64,000 bases of DNA, taken from NCBI GenBank assembly GCA_047967505.1, contig CM106538.1. One strand, 5' to 3'. Shown piece after piece: positions 1 to 11,160 of the stretch (position 1 is the first letter of the stretch; each line of letters starts with the position of its first letter). The notes under the pieces are model-generated. The model made no database searches and was not told the DNA's origin. It saw only the letters and a list, made by a program, of their open reading frames with translations. The position numbers and the translations under genes were made by a program. The stretch is from Dipteris shenzhenensis. Its lineage: Eukaryota.

Positions 1-624
1 TTCATCACTGCTACTATCAATGGAAACCCTGGCATCCACACCTTGAAGCTCAACATGATTCTTCTCCTTCTTCTTGTCATTCTTAACCTTGCTCTTCTTC
101 TTGCATTTTCTTAGCCATTTCCAGTAGTACTTTTTCATGTGGCCATACTTTCCATAATAGAAACATCTAACACAAGTCCGAGAGCTAGACTTGCTCTTGG
201 AATTCCCCCTTGAACATGACCTATTTCTACCAATTGATCTACCTCTGGAGTGCATATCAAGGCTGTATTTCAGCACATCAGGCCATTTCAACCCATCATG
301 CTATAACATAACATTATCATGGTCATACATCTAGCATATACGAGTACAGAACTCATATGCATGGCAGTCTACACCCTATACACCATCATGTACCTGCAAG
401 TAGACTAACTTCGAGAGTGATAACTGAATGATAGAGCATGCTTGCTCATCCATGCCATCCTAATCACTCTGTTTAATGCTATTAGGCTTGACACCTTTGC
501 ATTGAATGGGATTATGCTACCTTTTTTGCACTAACACATCATAAATCTGCTCTTTCCAATACTGAAAGTTTGATCCATCCAACCTCTCAATATCAAAGAG
601 GGCACTACCAGTTGTAGATGCCAT
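1..624 (-). pseudogene. gag: copia gag remnant (stops and frameshifts)
   Basis: DUF4219/UBN2-like N-terminus (LDGSNFQYWKEQI), a stop at 517 and a downstream knuckle-like CFYYGKYGHMKK. Confidence 0.75.
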
Positions 625-3122
625 ATCTGTGGCACAATGTCTCACAATCAAAGAGCAGTATAGTGCAATAGGCAACCCAAATGACCAAAAATATAGTGTT
701 GTCCAGACCAATCAGGTGTCCAAATAAATTGGCTGATCCAATGCTCAAAAGCACTCAGCCATAAAGAGGCATAAACAAGAATATATGCAGCCCAGTAACC
801 TGCCAATACCTGGCAATCCAAGTAAGGAATGCACTGAATCAAATGAGCAATGCCTGCTCAACCAATGGCAATAGGAGCCTAGCTCAACTATCCATAAACA
901 TTAGTGCGGCATCCATCAATGCAAATCCATAATGCATCGAAATGGCATTTACTGCATCACCTAAAGTGCACAATCCTTTGGCAACAAAATCAAGCATTCA
1001 CCACTTGCCAAATGTGCCAAAGTGACTTGCCAAAATGCCAATAATGCCCTTGGACTAAAGTGAGATCCCAATCACTTTTTGTAATTTACTGTGAGTTCCC
1101 AATTCACTGTTGTGCAAGAGAAATTCCTAGAACAATACCTCATAGCCACTTTGGGCAAGATAACACGCTGTCCTTGTTTTTGAACAGTGATATTTTTTCA
1201 CTGAAAGACCGGATGCCAAAGCTGTAAATAGCAAAGTTGTAGCTTGTAGAAAAATCTACAACTTGTCAGTTGACCTCAAGAGCCAAATCCTTGTGGATTC
1301 TCAGATATTCTCACCTAAAAAATAGCTTCCTGCACATTGGTCACAGATAGACAGTAGACTGCAAATTTTTGTGGCTTTGTAGAGGTTGTAACTCCTGCGG
1401 CTTTACCGGATCACCTTGCTTCCAAAAGCAAAGTTGTAGTATGTTTTGTGAACTTTCCAGTTCGGCACAAAGTGCAATTCTGCACCAGGAAAGAGATATT
1501 CAGTCCTAAAAATGACTGTTTTGTCATAAAAACAGTAATAGCAGCAATCGTAATATCTTGACCAATGGCAAACACAATGCCATAAAATCAGCCATTAATA
1601 CGGTAACAAATCAGCCCCAAAATGCTGACAAAATACATCTAGCAGATCACCCCGTATGTCAACTGTAACACCAGCAAAATGGCAATTACAATGCCCAACC
1701 AAATCAGCCTCGAGAATGCTCACAGATCAGCAATAAAATAGCCCAAAAGCACTAGCAAAACAGCCCCGAAATGTGCTCCAAACAATGGCAAATCATTGAC
1801 AATACATCCTCCTCAGCTGTTCAATGAACTTACATAAACACCACCATACATGTAGGTGTAAAACTGTCAAAATGTCCATTGAATCACTATCAAAATGACC
1901 TCAAAGCATGTGTCCTCAGTTGACAAAAGTATCTGCAATGGCCTCTGACAAGAGAACTCCTAACCTAAGTCTCTGTTATCCTATTGTCACTCAGAGAGAC
2001 ATACACCTGTCCTCGAGCCAAGCCAAGACCAACTGAAAGAAATTGACACTGTCTAATGCCCAGCACGGACAAGATGCAGCCAAATTATGTCCAACAGGAC
2101 CCAAATGCACGGGAAAACACGAGCTAACAAAGCTCCACTGCAACTAAAAGAAGCTACATAGTGCACAAGCACATATCCCACACAATGTCCACAAGGCGTA
2201 CTTTTTCGAGTGAGATTCTCGTCTCTCTCGCCCTCACGTCAAACCCACATCAGTACACTTGTTGAAGACAATTAGAACTCATCTTATTCTTTCAAAGGCT
2301 TTGCCTTAATCGATGTGCCCTCCCCTTGCCTCGCATTTTCCCGGTTGCCATGAGTCTACCCGAGTGCAGTAATTTATCTCTTGATTTCTCCAACCTCACC
2401 TCCTGCCTGTCTGGTTCCGATTGGAACCTTCGGCCTTACCTGCAAGCTCTCTGGATGTCGCTTGCTTACCTACAAGTAGTTGGAGGGTGACGCTCCATGG
2501 TAAACCTGTTGACTCGAGACTCTTGGCCGGACATGTCATAAGCAAAAGAGCTGCAAGCTTTATCGACCTCACCCTATGTACGAGGCTGTCAAAGAACAAC
2601 AACTTCGCTGACCTGGATGTATATTTTCGCGAGCCAAAACTATGAAAGAGCGGCAAATTTTATGAAGCCAGGGAAACAATCCACCATACGAAGGATGAAG
2701 TATAGTTTGGAAGTCATAGGATGATTTGGAGGGCCTTAATCATGCCAATTACTGAAGGGTTTCCCGGCACTATTATGCACGTGTTAAGGTGAGGCACCAA
2801 TTTTCTATAAGAGCCGTACTATTAGCACACGAAGCTCAAGTTATGGCGAAACATTAGGCTTGAAGCTTCAGGCAGCAATAGGTTGAGAGTTGTGTGGACG
2901 TAAGAGAGACTGAGTACTCCATTCCCAAAATCCTTGAAGCTCCACTGAACTCTCTCCTCAGGCTCTTCTCCTTGAGCTCTCAGAGCTCAGATCAACAGAT
3001 CAGCATAGCTATGGCTGCCCCGTCTTCTCCATGAGAAACATCGATCCAAAGCTCCTTCAATGCTCGATCCACACATACCACAATCCCTCGCGAAGCTCCT
3101 TGCAGATCAAACACCACGACCC

Positions 3123-3134
3123 GCTCTGATACCA
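3123..3134 (-). promoter_or_regulatory. Primer-binding site complementary to tRNA-iMet
   Basis: Plus-strand GCTCTGATACCA = TGGTATCAGAGC on minus, 2 nt from the LTR end. Confidence 0.9.
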
Positions 3135-3136
3135 GT

Positions 3137-3430
3137 TGTGGGGGAAGAGGGAGCACTCAAGAAGGGATAAGAGGAGACACCAAAAGTGGTGGAGCAAAAG
3201 CTACTCCAGCTTATTCCTCTATCATATATATATATGAGTATACATGGGTAGTATACAGTGGGTGGGCACACTACCCTTTACCCCAATAGCGAGCCATTCT
3301 CTTACTGGAAGGTCGTCGTCTATAAGCCTTCATGGGTTCTTCCCAACCATGCTAAGACCATAAACGTCATGAAAATCCGTAGTAGTACGACAAAATCTCT
3401 TGGCTTGTAGGTCTGTGGATGATCAACACA
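3137..3430 (-). repeat. 5' LTR of copia A (~290 bp; outer end approximate)
   Basis: TGTG..CACA termini, adjacent PBS and a TATA-like tract at ~3225-3236. Confidence 0.65.
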
Positions 3431-5189
3431 TTCTTATAGCACCCCCTCAAAGAGGCAGAGACGTGCAGTAAAAAAGAGAGTGAGAGCTACAACAACTAAC
3501 AAAATATGAAGAGGGGAGAAGAGAAGAGTGGAGATGAGGAGAGAGGGCACAGCTAGAGAGCATACCACAAATGACTAACTGTACACTAGATTCAGTTGAA
3601 AATGTAGAATATATACAAACCCTAACCGGGTTAGGGCATCTAACCCTTTCCTTTATAGCACTCTATAAGTGTTAGTGCTATTCACATGTAATTACATAAT
3701 GTTGAGTGTGATCTCTCAACACCTTCCCTCGAGATCAAAATCATGAAGTAGGCCTTCCCTCAAGATGACGATTATGGGGAATCGAAGAAGGATTGAACAT
3801 TACATTCCATCACACCCCTTTAATGGGAATGTCCTTCCTCTGTGTCAAACCAAGAGCTTGTCGGTGTTTCTCGAAAAGCTCTTTACTTAGTGGTTTGGTA
3901 AAGATGTCTACAACATTCTCTTTTCTATCACAATGCTGTAGTGTGATGTCACCGAGTAACACTCTTTCTCTAATGAAGTGCTCTCTAACATCAATGTGCT
4001 TTGTCCTGGAGTGATATACTAGATTCTTGGCCAATGCTTGAGTCGACTAATTATCATAGTATCTTTTGTTGGCTTTGATTCATCAAAGTAGTCTATTTCT
4101 AAAAGTAGCCTTGTGAGCCATATAGCCTCACATGCACTTGTAGTGAGTGCTTTGTATTTTGCTTTAGTCAAAGACAAAGAAACAGTTGGCTATTTGTTTG
4201 ACAACCATGATATAGCATCCTGACCAAGAAAAAATGCATATCCCTGTGTGGATCTCCTAGCCTCATGATCTCCGGCCTAGTCACTATCACAGTATCCATG
4301 CAACCTTGGATGACTTCCTCTACATTCTATCCCAAACTGTCTTGTACCTCTGATGTAGAGACTGTCAACATATTTAATTTGACTCATAAAGGTGCTATAT
4401 GAATCTCTCTAGAACTCAATTCCAAGACAATAGTGCATGAGTCCAGGATCTTTCATGTCGAACTCTCTAGATAATTCTTGTTTTAGATTTCCAATAAAGC
4501 TATCCTTGCTTTTGGTCACAATCAGATCATCTATGTACAAAAGTGCAATAGTAATGTCTTCCCCTTGAACTTTGTAGTAGAGAGTATGATCTGCATTGGA
4601 TTTCATGTATCCTAGATCAGCAAAATACTTGTCGATTCTGCTTTGTACCAACTTTTGGGTGCTTTCTTTAAGCCGTAGAGACTCTTCTTTAGATGGCAAA
4701 CATGATCCTCCTTTCGTGTTAAACATAACCTGCTGGTTGTTATAGTAGTTGGCCATCTTGGCTTATCTACTGTGTCTTCGAAGTACACTGGCTCTTTTGT
4801 AGCCATGATGGTAGTCATAAGAGTATAGTGGTGGTTTCAACCTGAATTGCTTTACGTTTCTGAGCATATGTCAATCTGGCTGGAGGTCTGCTTTCCCTAG
4901 TAGACCATCAGAGTTGTTGTGGCTCTTCTCGAGGTGTTTTCTGGCAATTCTTGCTTTTCTTCATCAACCTTTTCTATACATGAATATGAAATCGGTGTGT
5001 CTATCTCGTGTGTGTTTGAGGTCTTCCATTCTAATTCCTCATCAAAGATTACATCTCTGGAGGTAATGACCTTGCGGTTCATGGGATCATAAAACTTATA
5101 TGCTTAGCTTTCTTCACTCTAGCCAACGATGATGCATTTACATGACTTTGCATCCAATTTCCTACAATGATCGTCATGTATGTGGGCAT

Positions 5190-5360
5190 TGAGAGTGCTC
5201 TCAACGGAAGCAAGAACGGAAGAAGGAGAGAGAGAGACAGAGAGCCACACAAGTTTTGGTGGGTGCAGAACCACCCTAATCTTCTTTTTCATTCATTTAT
5301 ATATGTCTTTGAGTATTGTACATAACCGGGGTAAAGGCACAGTGACCTTTAACCCCCACA
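5190..5360 (-). repeat. 3' LTR of copia C (171 bp)
   Basis: Direct repeat of 10910-11077, preceded on the element strand by PPT AGTGGGAGGT. Confidence 0.97.
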
Positions 5361-5413
5361 ACCTCCCACTTAAAGGACAATGTGCCTTTAAGGGAGAACA
5401 ACCAGTGAGCATA

Positions 5414-8400
5414 CTATCCAATGCCCATAAATACACGACAATACTCAAACCGCTGACTAGGTAGACTCTTCGTCAGCATATCTGTAAGGTTATCATCTGT
5501 ATGAACCTTGACAAGCTCTATGCGCTTGTCCTCAAGTACCTTCCTGATGAAATGGTACCTGACCTCAATGTGTTTGGTCTTTGCATAAAAGACCAGATTC
5601 CGTGCTAGCTGAATAGCACTCATGGAATCACTATGCAATGTCGGTACACCTGTATGAATCCCCAAATCTCCCACTAGCCGATCAAGCCATATAGCCTCCT
5701 TGCAACCCTCTGTGGCTGCAAAACATACTCAGCCTTTGTGGTAGACAAAGCCACGCACTTCTGTGCACGAGACATCCACGACACTGCACCACCTGCAAAG
5801 GTGAACACATAACCAGAAGTGGATCTCCTACTATCCACATGCCTTGCATAGTCTGAATCTGTGTACCCAAGTACACGCATGTCTCCTTTACCAAAGCAGA
5901 TGCACATCTCCTTGGTACCCTTCATGTACCTCATGATGCACTTAACTGCCTCCCAATGCCTCCTTCCTGGATTAGCCATATACCGGCTAACAACTCCCAC
6001 TGCAAATGCAATGTCTGGTCTAGTAGCTATCATAGCATACATAAGACTCCCAACTGCTGATGCATAAGGAACCTTGGCCATCATGGCCCTTTCCTCATCT
6101 GATTTGGGACTATCTGTATGACTCAGTTTCACATATGGAGGCAATGGAGTACTCACTGCCTTCCCCCCCTCCATATTGAAACGTTGCAATACTTTTGTAA
6201 CATACTCTTTTTGTGAAAGCCAAAGGAGTTTCCTACTCCGATCACGCGTGATGCGCATACCAAGAATATGACCTGCAAATCCCAAATCCTTCATATCAAA
6301 GGCCTCATGCAACTTGGCCTTTAATGCATCTAGCTCATAAGTATTCTTGCTAGCCAATAGTATATCATCCACATATAGTGCCAGGATTATCAGGCTACTA
6401 TCCTTAGCCCTTTTAGTGTAGAGGCAGTGATCAATTTCACTCCTTCTAAAACCCTGGGACCGAATGAAAGCATCAAACTTCTGATACCATTCTCTAGGTG
6501 CTTGCTTAAGACCATAGAGACTCTTCTTCAGTTTGCAAACTAAATGCTCTTTGCCCTTTTCTTCAAAGCCTTCCGGCTGCACCATGTAAATTTCCTCATG
6601 CAAATCCCCATGCAAGAAAGCTGTCTTGACATCCATTTGCATAAGCTCCATATCCTCTGATGCCACTAGTCCAAGCATGCATCTAAGTGTGGTCATCTTC
6701 ACAACCGGAGAGAATATCTCATCAAAGTCGACACCCTTCTCTTGCTTGAACCCTTTAGCAACCAAACGGGCCTTGTACCTAGGCACATCATCATCTGTGA
6801 CCTTCATTTTGTAGACCCATTTACATGGCAATGCTTTCTTTCCATGTGGCAAAGAAACCAAGTCCCAAGTCTTATTCTTCATAAGTGAACTCATCTCTGA
6901 TTGCATAGCATACTCCCACTTGCATTGATCCTCACGCATCATAGCCTCTCTGTAGCAAGAAGGCTCCCCGCAATCAGTAAGCATCACATAGTCTACCCCT
7001 GGAACAAACCTATCAGGTGGTCTAGACACTCTAGATGATCTTCTCAAGGGCATTTCAGCTTGCTGTCCCATTTGCATATCAGCCACATTTGGCTCATCAT
7101 TTCCACCAATAGATGATCCATCATCTACCCTTGATTGTATACCTGTGGGGGTACTTGGTTGTACCATTTCTTGCACATTTGGTGCATGGACAACTTGCTG
7201 TCTATCAACATATGCAGGTGGATTTACATCCTGGAAAGTGATTCTCCTCATTTCCACATCCCTCATAGGTGCCTTATGCATCTTCTTCTCATTGAAGACC
7301 ACATCATGGCTGCGTATAATCTTCTTTGCTTCTGGATTCCAGAGACGATAGCCCATCTCTCCACTTTCACCATAACCTAGAAAGATGCATTTCCTAGACT
7401 TAGGATCTAGCTTCTTTCGAAGCTCTTTTGGCACATGTGCATATGCCTCACACCCAAATATACGCAAATGAGAGTAAGAGGGCTTCTTTCCACTCCATGC
7501 CTCTTCAGGAATACCACCATCCAAACTCTTACTAGGTGATCTATTGATCACATGCACTGCAGTCTTCATTGCCTCAGCCCAAAAACCACCAGAAAGACTT
7601 GCATTGGAAAGCATGCATTGCAACCTTTCTTGAATGGTACGGTTCATCTTTTCTGCAACTGGATTTTGCTTTGGAGTACGAGGGGATGTAAGCTCCCTCT
7701 TAATCCCACGAGTATCACAGAAATGCTGAAAGTCATGAGAGAGATACTCTCCACCATTGTCAGTCCGTAGGCATTTAAGCGTTCTACCTGACTGATTCTC
7801 AACCAAGGCCAGCCATTTCTGAAATACCTGGAACACATCACTCTTCCGAGCTATAGCATAAGCCCACACTTTCCTAGTTGCATCATCAATGAATGTCACA
7901 TAGTATTCAGCTCCGCCTAATGACCGTGTAGGCATGGGACCACATACGTCTGAATGCACCAAATCAAGCATTTCAAACTCTTTCTTTCCCCTTCTTTTAT
8001 GGGCTGATTTAGTCTGCTTCCCATAAAGACAGTGCTCACAAAATTCAAAATCAGAGAAACTCAAATGCGGTATATAACCCAAACGGCATAAGAGTTTCAT
8101 TCCATTCTGGCTCATGTGCCCCAACCTGCAATGCCACAAAGAAGTGCTTAGCTGCTCGGTTATTACAACAACATGATCAAATACCCCTGATACATGTAAG
8201 GGATACAAAGTCCCACACTTGGCACCCCTGGCCAAAAGCATAGAGCCCTTCTGAATTTTCCAACTCTGAAAGCCAAAAGTGGTGTGAAAACCAGCATCAT
8301 CTAGCTGACCCACTGAAATAAGACTCTTGGTCAGCTTAGGCACATGTCTCACATGTTTCAAAACAAATGCAGACCCATTTGCAAAAGAAAACATAATGTC

Positions 8401-9479
8401 ACTTGCTCCCACTATGTCACATGCATAGTCATTTCCAAGATGCACACAACCTGTCTTCCACTGTCATAAGTGGAGAACCATTCCCTATGGGGAGTAACAT
8501 GGAATGAAGCACCAAAATCCAAAATCCAATCCTGGGAATATGCATCATCTGAAGTGGTAAGCAACTCTGCAGATAAACTAGACATGAAGAGAACATCATT
8601 GTCACTATCATGTGTGACTGCATTGATCTCCTCGATCTTCACTTTTCCTTTGTTCTCCCTTGGACTCTCTTCCTTTTGATTTGCACCGCAATTTGCATTC
8701 TTTTTCTTATCCTTTTGCTCTCTTTTCAGCTTGTAGCAATCCTTTTTCATATGGCCCTTCTTGCCACAATGGTAACACTCAATGTTTCATGCCCTAGATT
8801 TGCTACGAGACTTTCCTCTTTCTTGGGACTTCCCCCTGAACTGTGATCTGCCCCTTTGCACATTTAAGGCTGCATCCTGCTTGTTGCCATCCATAGACTT
8901 CCGTCTAATCTCCTCGGCCAACAAGCTACCCACAACATCATCAAATTTCAGTACTCCACCAGGTGCAGAGTTACTGACAGCTGTACGGAAGGTATCCCAT
9001 GAGGATGGCAATGAACATAAGAGAAATATTGCCTTAGTCTCCGCATCAAAATTCATTTTCTGAGCCTGAAGCTAGCTGAAAATAATATTGAATTCATTCA
9101 AGTGAGAAGCAATGGAGACCCCTTCCTTCATCTGTAGCTCAAACAACCTCTTCATGAGGTAAACTTTATTAGAGGCAGTTTCCTTCTCATAAGTGGCACA
9201 CAGTTTCTTCCACAAATCTTCCGTAGTCTGCTCATTTACTACTGTGAAATAAACTGACTCTGCAAGATGAAGTCTAATAGTAGACTTTGCTAATGCATCC
9301 AACTCATTCCAATCATCCTCAGACATATCCGCAGGCTTAGCTTCAATCCCTGCCAAGGGTTTAATCTGCTTCTTTTGAATAAGCACATCCCTTATTTGTT
9401 CTTTCCACAAAGAAAAGTTTGTCCCATCAAACTTTTTAATGCTGAAAAACTCCTTTTCAGACATGGAAGAGGATGCCAT
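5414..9479 (-). pseudogene. gag-pol: copia C gag-pol polyprotein, disrupted by two in-frame stops (~9072, ~8787) and two frameshifts (~8450, ~5725)
   Basis: UBN2 gag; CYHCGKKGHMKKDC knuckle; protease WILDFGASFH; integrase LVHSDVCGP..LRTDNGGEY; RT QMDVKTAFLHG..LYVDD; RNase H TDSDYA..TKHIEVRYHFIR. Confidence 0.95.
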
Positions 9480-10895
9480 GATGCAAATGAAACAAAATCC
9501 CAAATGCTAGTGCATACAAGAGAGAATCACACCAAATACTAGGTGCACCCAAATGTGTATGCCACAATAGAGTGAAATATCACCAAAACTCAAAGCTCAA
9601 AGCATCTGACTCATGTGCATATACTATGCATCCATATGAGCAAATCTGGCCCAAAAGAAAATGCCAATAAGTGCCAAATGACTCAAGCATAAACACTGTC
9701 CACTGGCATATGCATCAATAATGTCTCATCCAAGAGAGCATAGCACTATCAGTGCATCACCTGCAATGTTTCAAAGCTGTCCCTCAGCTTAAAATAGCAT
9801 CCATGTGCAAAGCGTCCATAAAAAATAGCATCCCACAAGGCAATTTGGGCCTATCAGCACATCCAACTAGGACCGCAATGCATCCAAATGGCCTATAAAT
9901 CATCCATTGCAACCCAATGCATACCACGAATGAGCGCACACTGCTCAAACTGCAACCAGAGTGATCTGCATAAGGTATGCTCAAGAAATCATAGTCCCAC
10001 GGTAATGAGCGCTACTGAAAATAGAACCTGAGATGCTTCAAAACATGGGCGCCATTGCATAATCGGACTCAGCAAGAAAATCTGCAAATATCTCTCTTCT
10101 GCCAGAACTCCAAAATCCCAACCGATGAGTGAGAAATGGGAGTCAATACTTATCCACTGCCATGTGGCATAAATCTAAGGTTTCAAAACCTTAGAATGGA
10201 AAATGCATAACAGAGAGACGAAATCGAATACACAGAGATCTATAACTCTAAAAATCCTCCACCGAATCGCACAAGCACTGACAGGTAGGGGTTTTTGGGC
10301 GTCCGGAACGCAATGGGACAGACGGTTTTGGAAACCGTGGTCTCAATCACTGGGTCCAACACACAGACTAAAAAACGTTTTTGGAAATAGAGCTATCTGT
10401 AAACTCCACCGGAGTGCGAATGATGAGCAACATAGAAGTTTTAGGACTTCTGAGTCCACCGGAACTGACAGATCTGCAAATGGTGGTTGCTCCAAACTTG
10501 AGTTCCAACACCCGGGCAAAAAACGCAGGAACTGACACAGTGAGTCAGAAATTCAATGAAATGATCCTAGATTCAAGAATGAAGGTGTTTCCAAGCTCCT
10601 GAAGTGAAGTGGACACCAAAAGCAAGCAATAGTTGCCTCTACAAGTCAATATGGAGTCTCTGTCATCGAACGGAACAGGGAAAAGCTCAAAAAACGACTT
10701 TTTCTTTGAAAGCTCTTAACAGGCTCTCGAAACCACTTCGCAAAGCCAAAGTGACTTTTCCAAAGGCTCCTCCAAGGTCTCTACACACTCAGATGCAAGT
10801 AAAGTCGCCCACAAAGCTTCCCACAGAGCTTCTCCTTCCTCCCACAGAGCTGCTGAGCTTCCAAGCATTCAGGCACGCTCAGCTAGATCACCTGG

Positions 10896-10907
10896 GCTCT
10901 GATACCA
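10896..10907 (-). promoter_or_regulatory. PBS (tRNA-iMet) of copia C
   Basis: TGGTATCAGAGC on minus, 2 nt inside the 5' LTR. Confidence 0.95.
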
Positions 10908-10909
10908 GT

Positions 10910-11077
10910 TGAGAGTGCTCTCAACGGAAGCAAGAACGGAAGGAGAGAGAGAGACAGAGAGCCACACAAGTTTTGGTGGGTGCAGAACCACCCTAATCTT
11001 CTTTTTCATTCATTTATATATGTCTTTGAGTATTGTACATAACCGGGGTAAAGGCACAGTGACCTTTAACCCCCACA
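10910..11077 (-). repeat. 5' LTR of copia C (168 bp)
   Basis: Direct repeat of 5190-5360. Confidence 0.97.
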
Positions 11078-11160
11078 GGCATATGCTATGCAACCAAATA
11101 TACAGAGATGTCCAATGTGTGGCTTGTGTCCAGTGAATGCTTCATAAGGTATCATACCCT

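Larger units (their letters stand above)
1..3430 (-). mobile_element. Ty1/copia LTR retrotransposon 'A', 5' part (LTR, PBS, ~2.5 kb leader, decayed gag); continues off the left edge
   Basis: PBS TGGTATCAGAGC (minus) at 3123-3134 lies next to a TG..CA LTR at ~3137-3430. The gag start MASTTGSALFDIERLDGSNFQYWKEQIYDVLVQK at 624 is homologous to gag of the element at 5190-11077. A zinc-knuckle remnant is at ~125-175. Confidence 0.85.
5190..11077 (-). mobile_element. Full-length young Ty1/copia retrotransposon 'C' (Tnt1/Tork-like), 5888 bp
   Basis: Two LTRs (5190-5360, 10910-11077) identical except for a 3-nt indel, with TG..CA ends. 5-bp TSD GGCAT (5185-5189 / 11078-11082), PBS-iMet at 10896-10907, PPT at 5361-5370, domain order gag-PR-IN-RT-RH. 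Confidence 0.98.
3431..11160 (-). mobile_element. copia family B, copy B1: 3' half (IN C-term, RT and RH remnants with internal deletions, PPT, 3' LTR), interrupted by copia C
   Basis: RNase H end YHSRTKHIDVREHFIRE (3810-4034) and RT LLYIDDL (4409-4756). PPT GAGGGAAGG at 3722-3730 followed by an LTR starting TGTTGAGAG at 3721. The sequence on both sides of 5190-11077 is contiguous and matches B2 at ~14450-14540. Confidence 0.9.

Noticed and set aside
5180-5464. Duplicated small ORF (also 10909-11136)
   Set aside because: It is an antisense reading of the two identical LTRs, not a gene. The same applies to 44137/46991 and 44207/47133.
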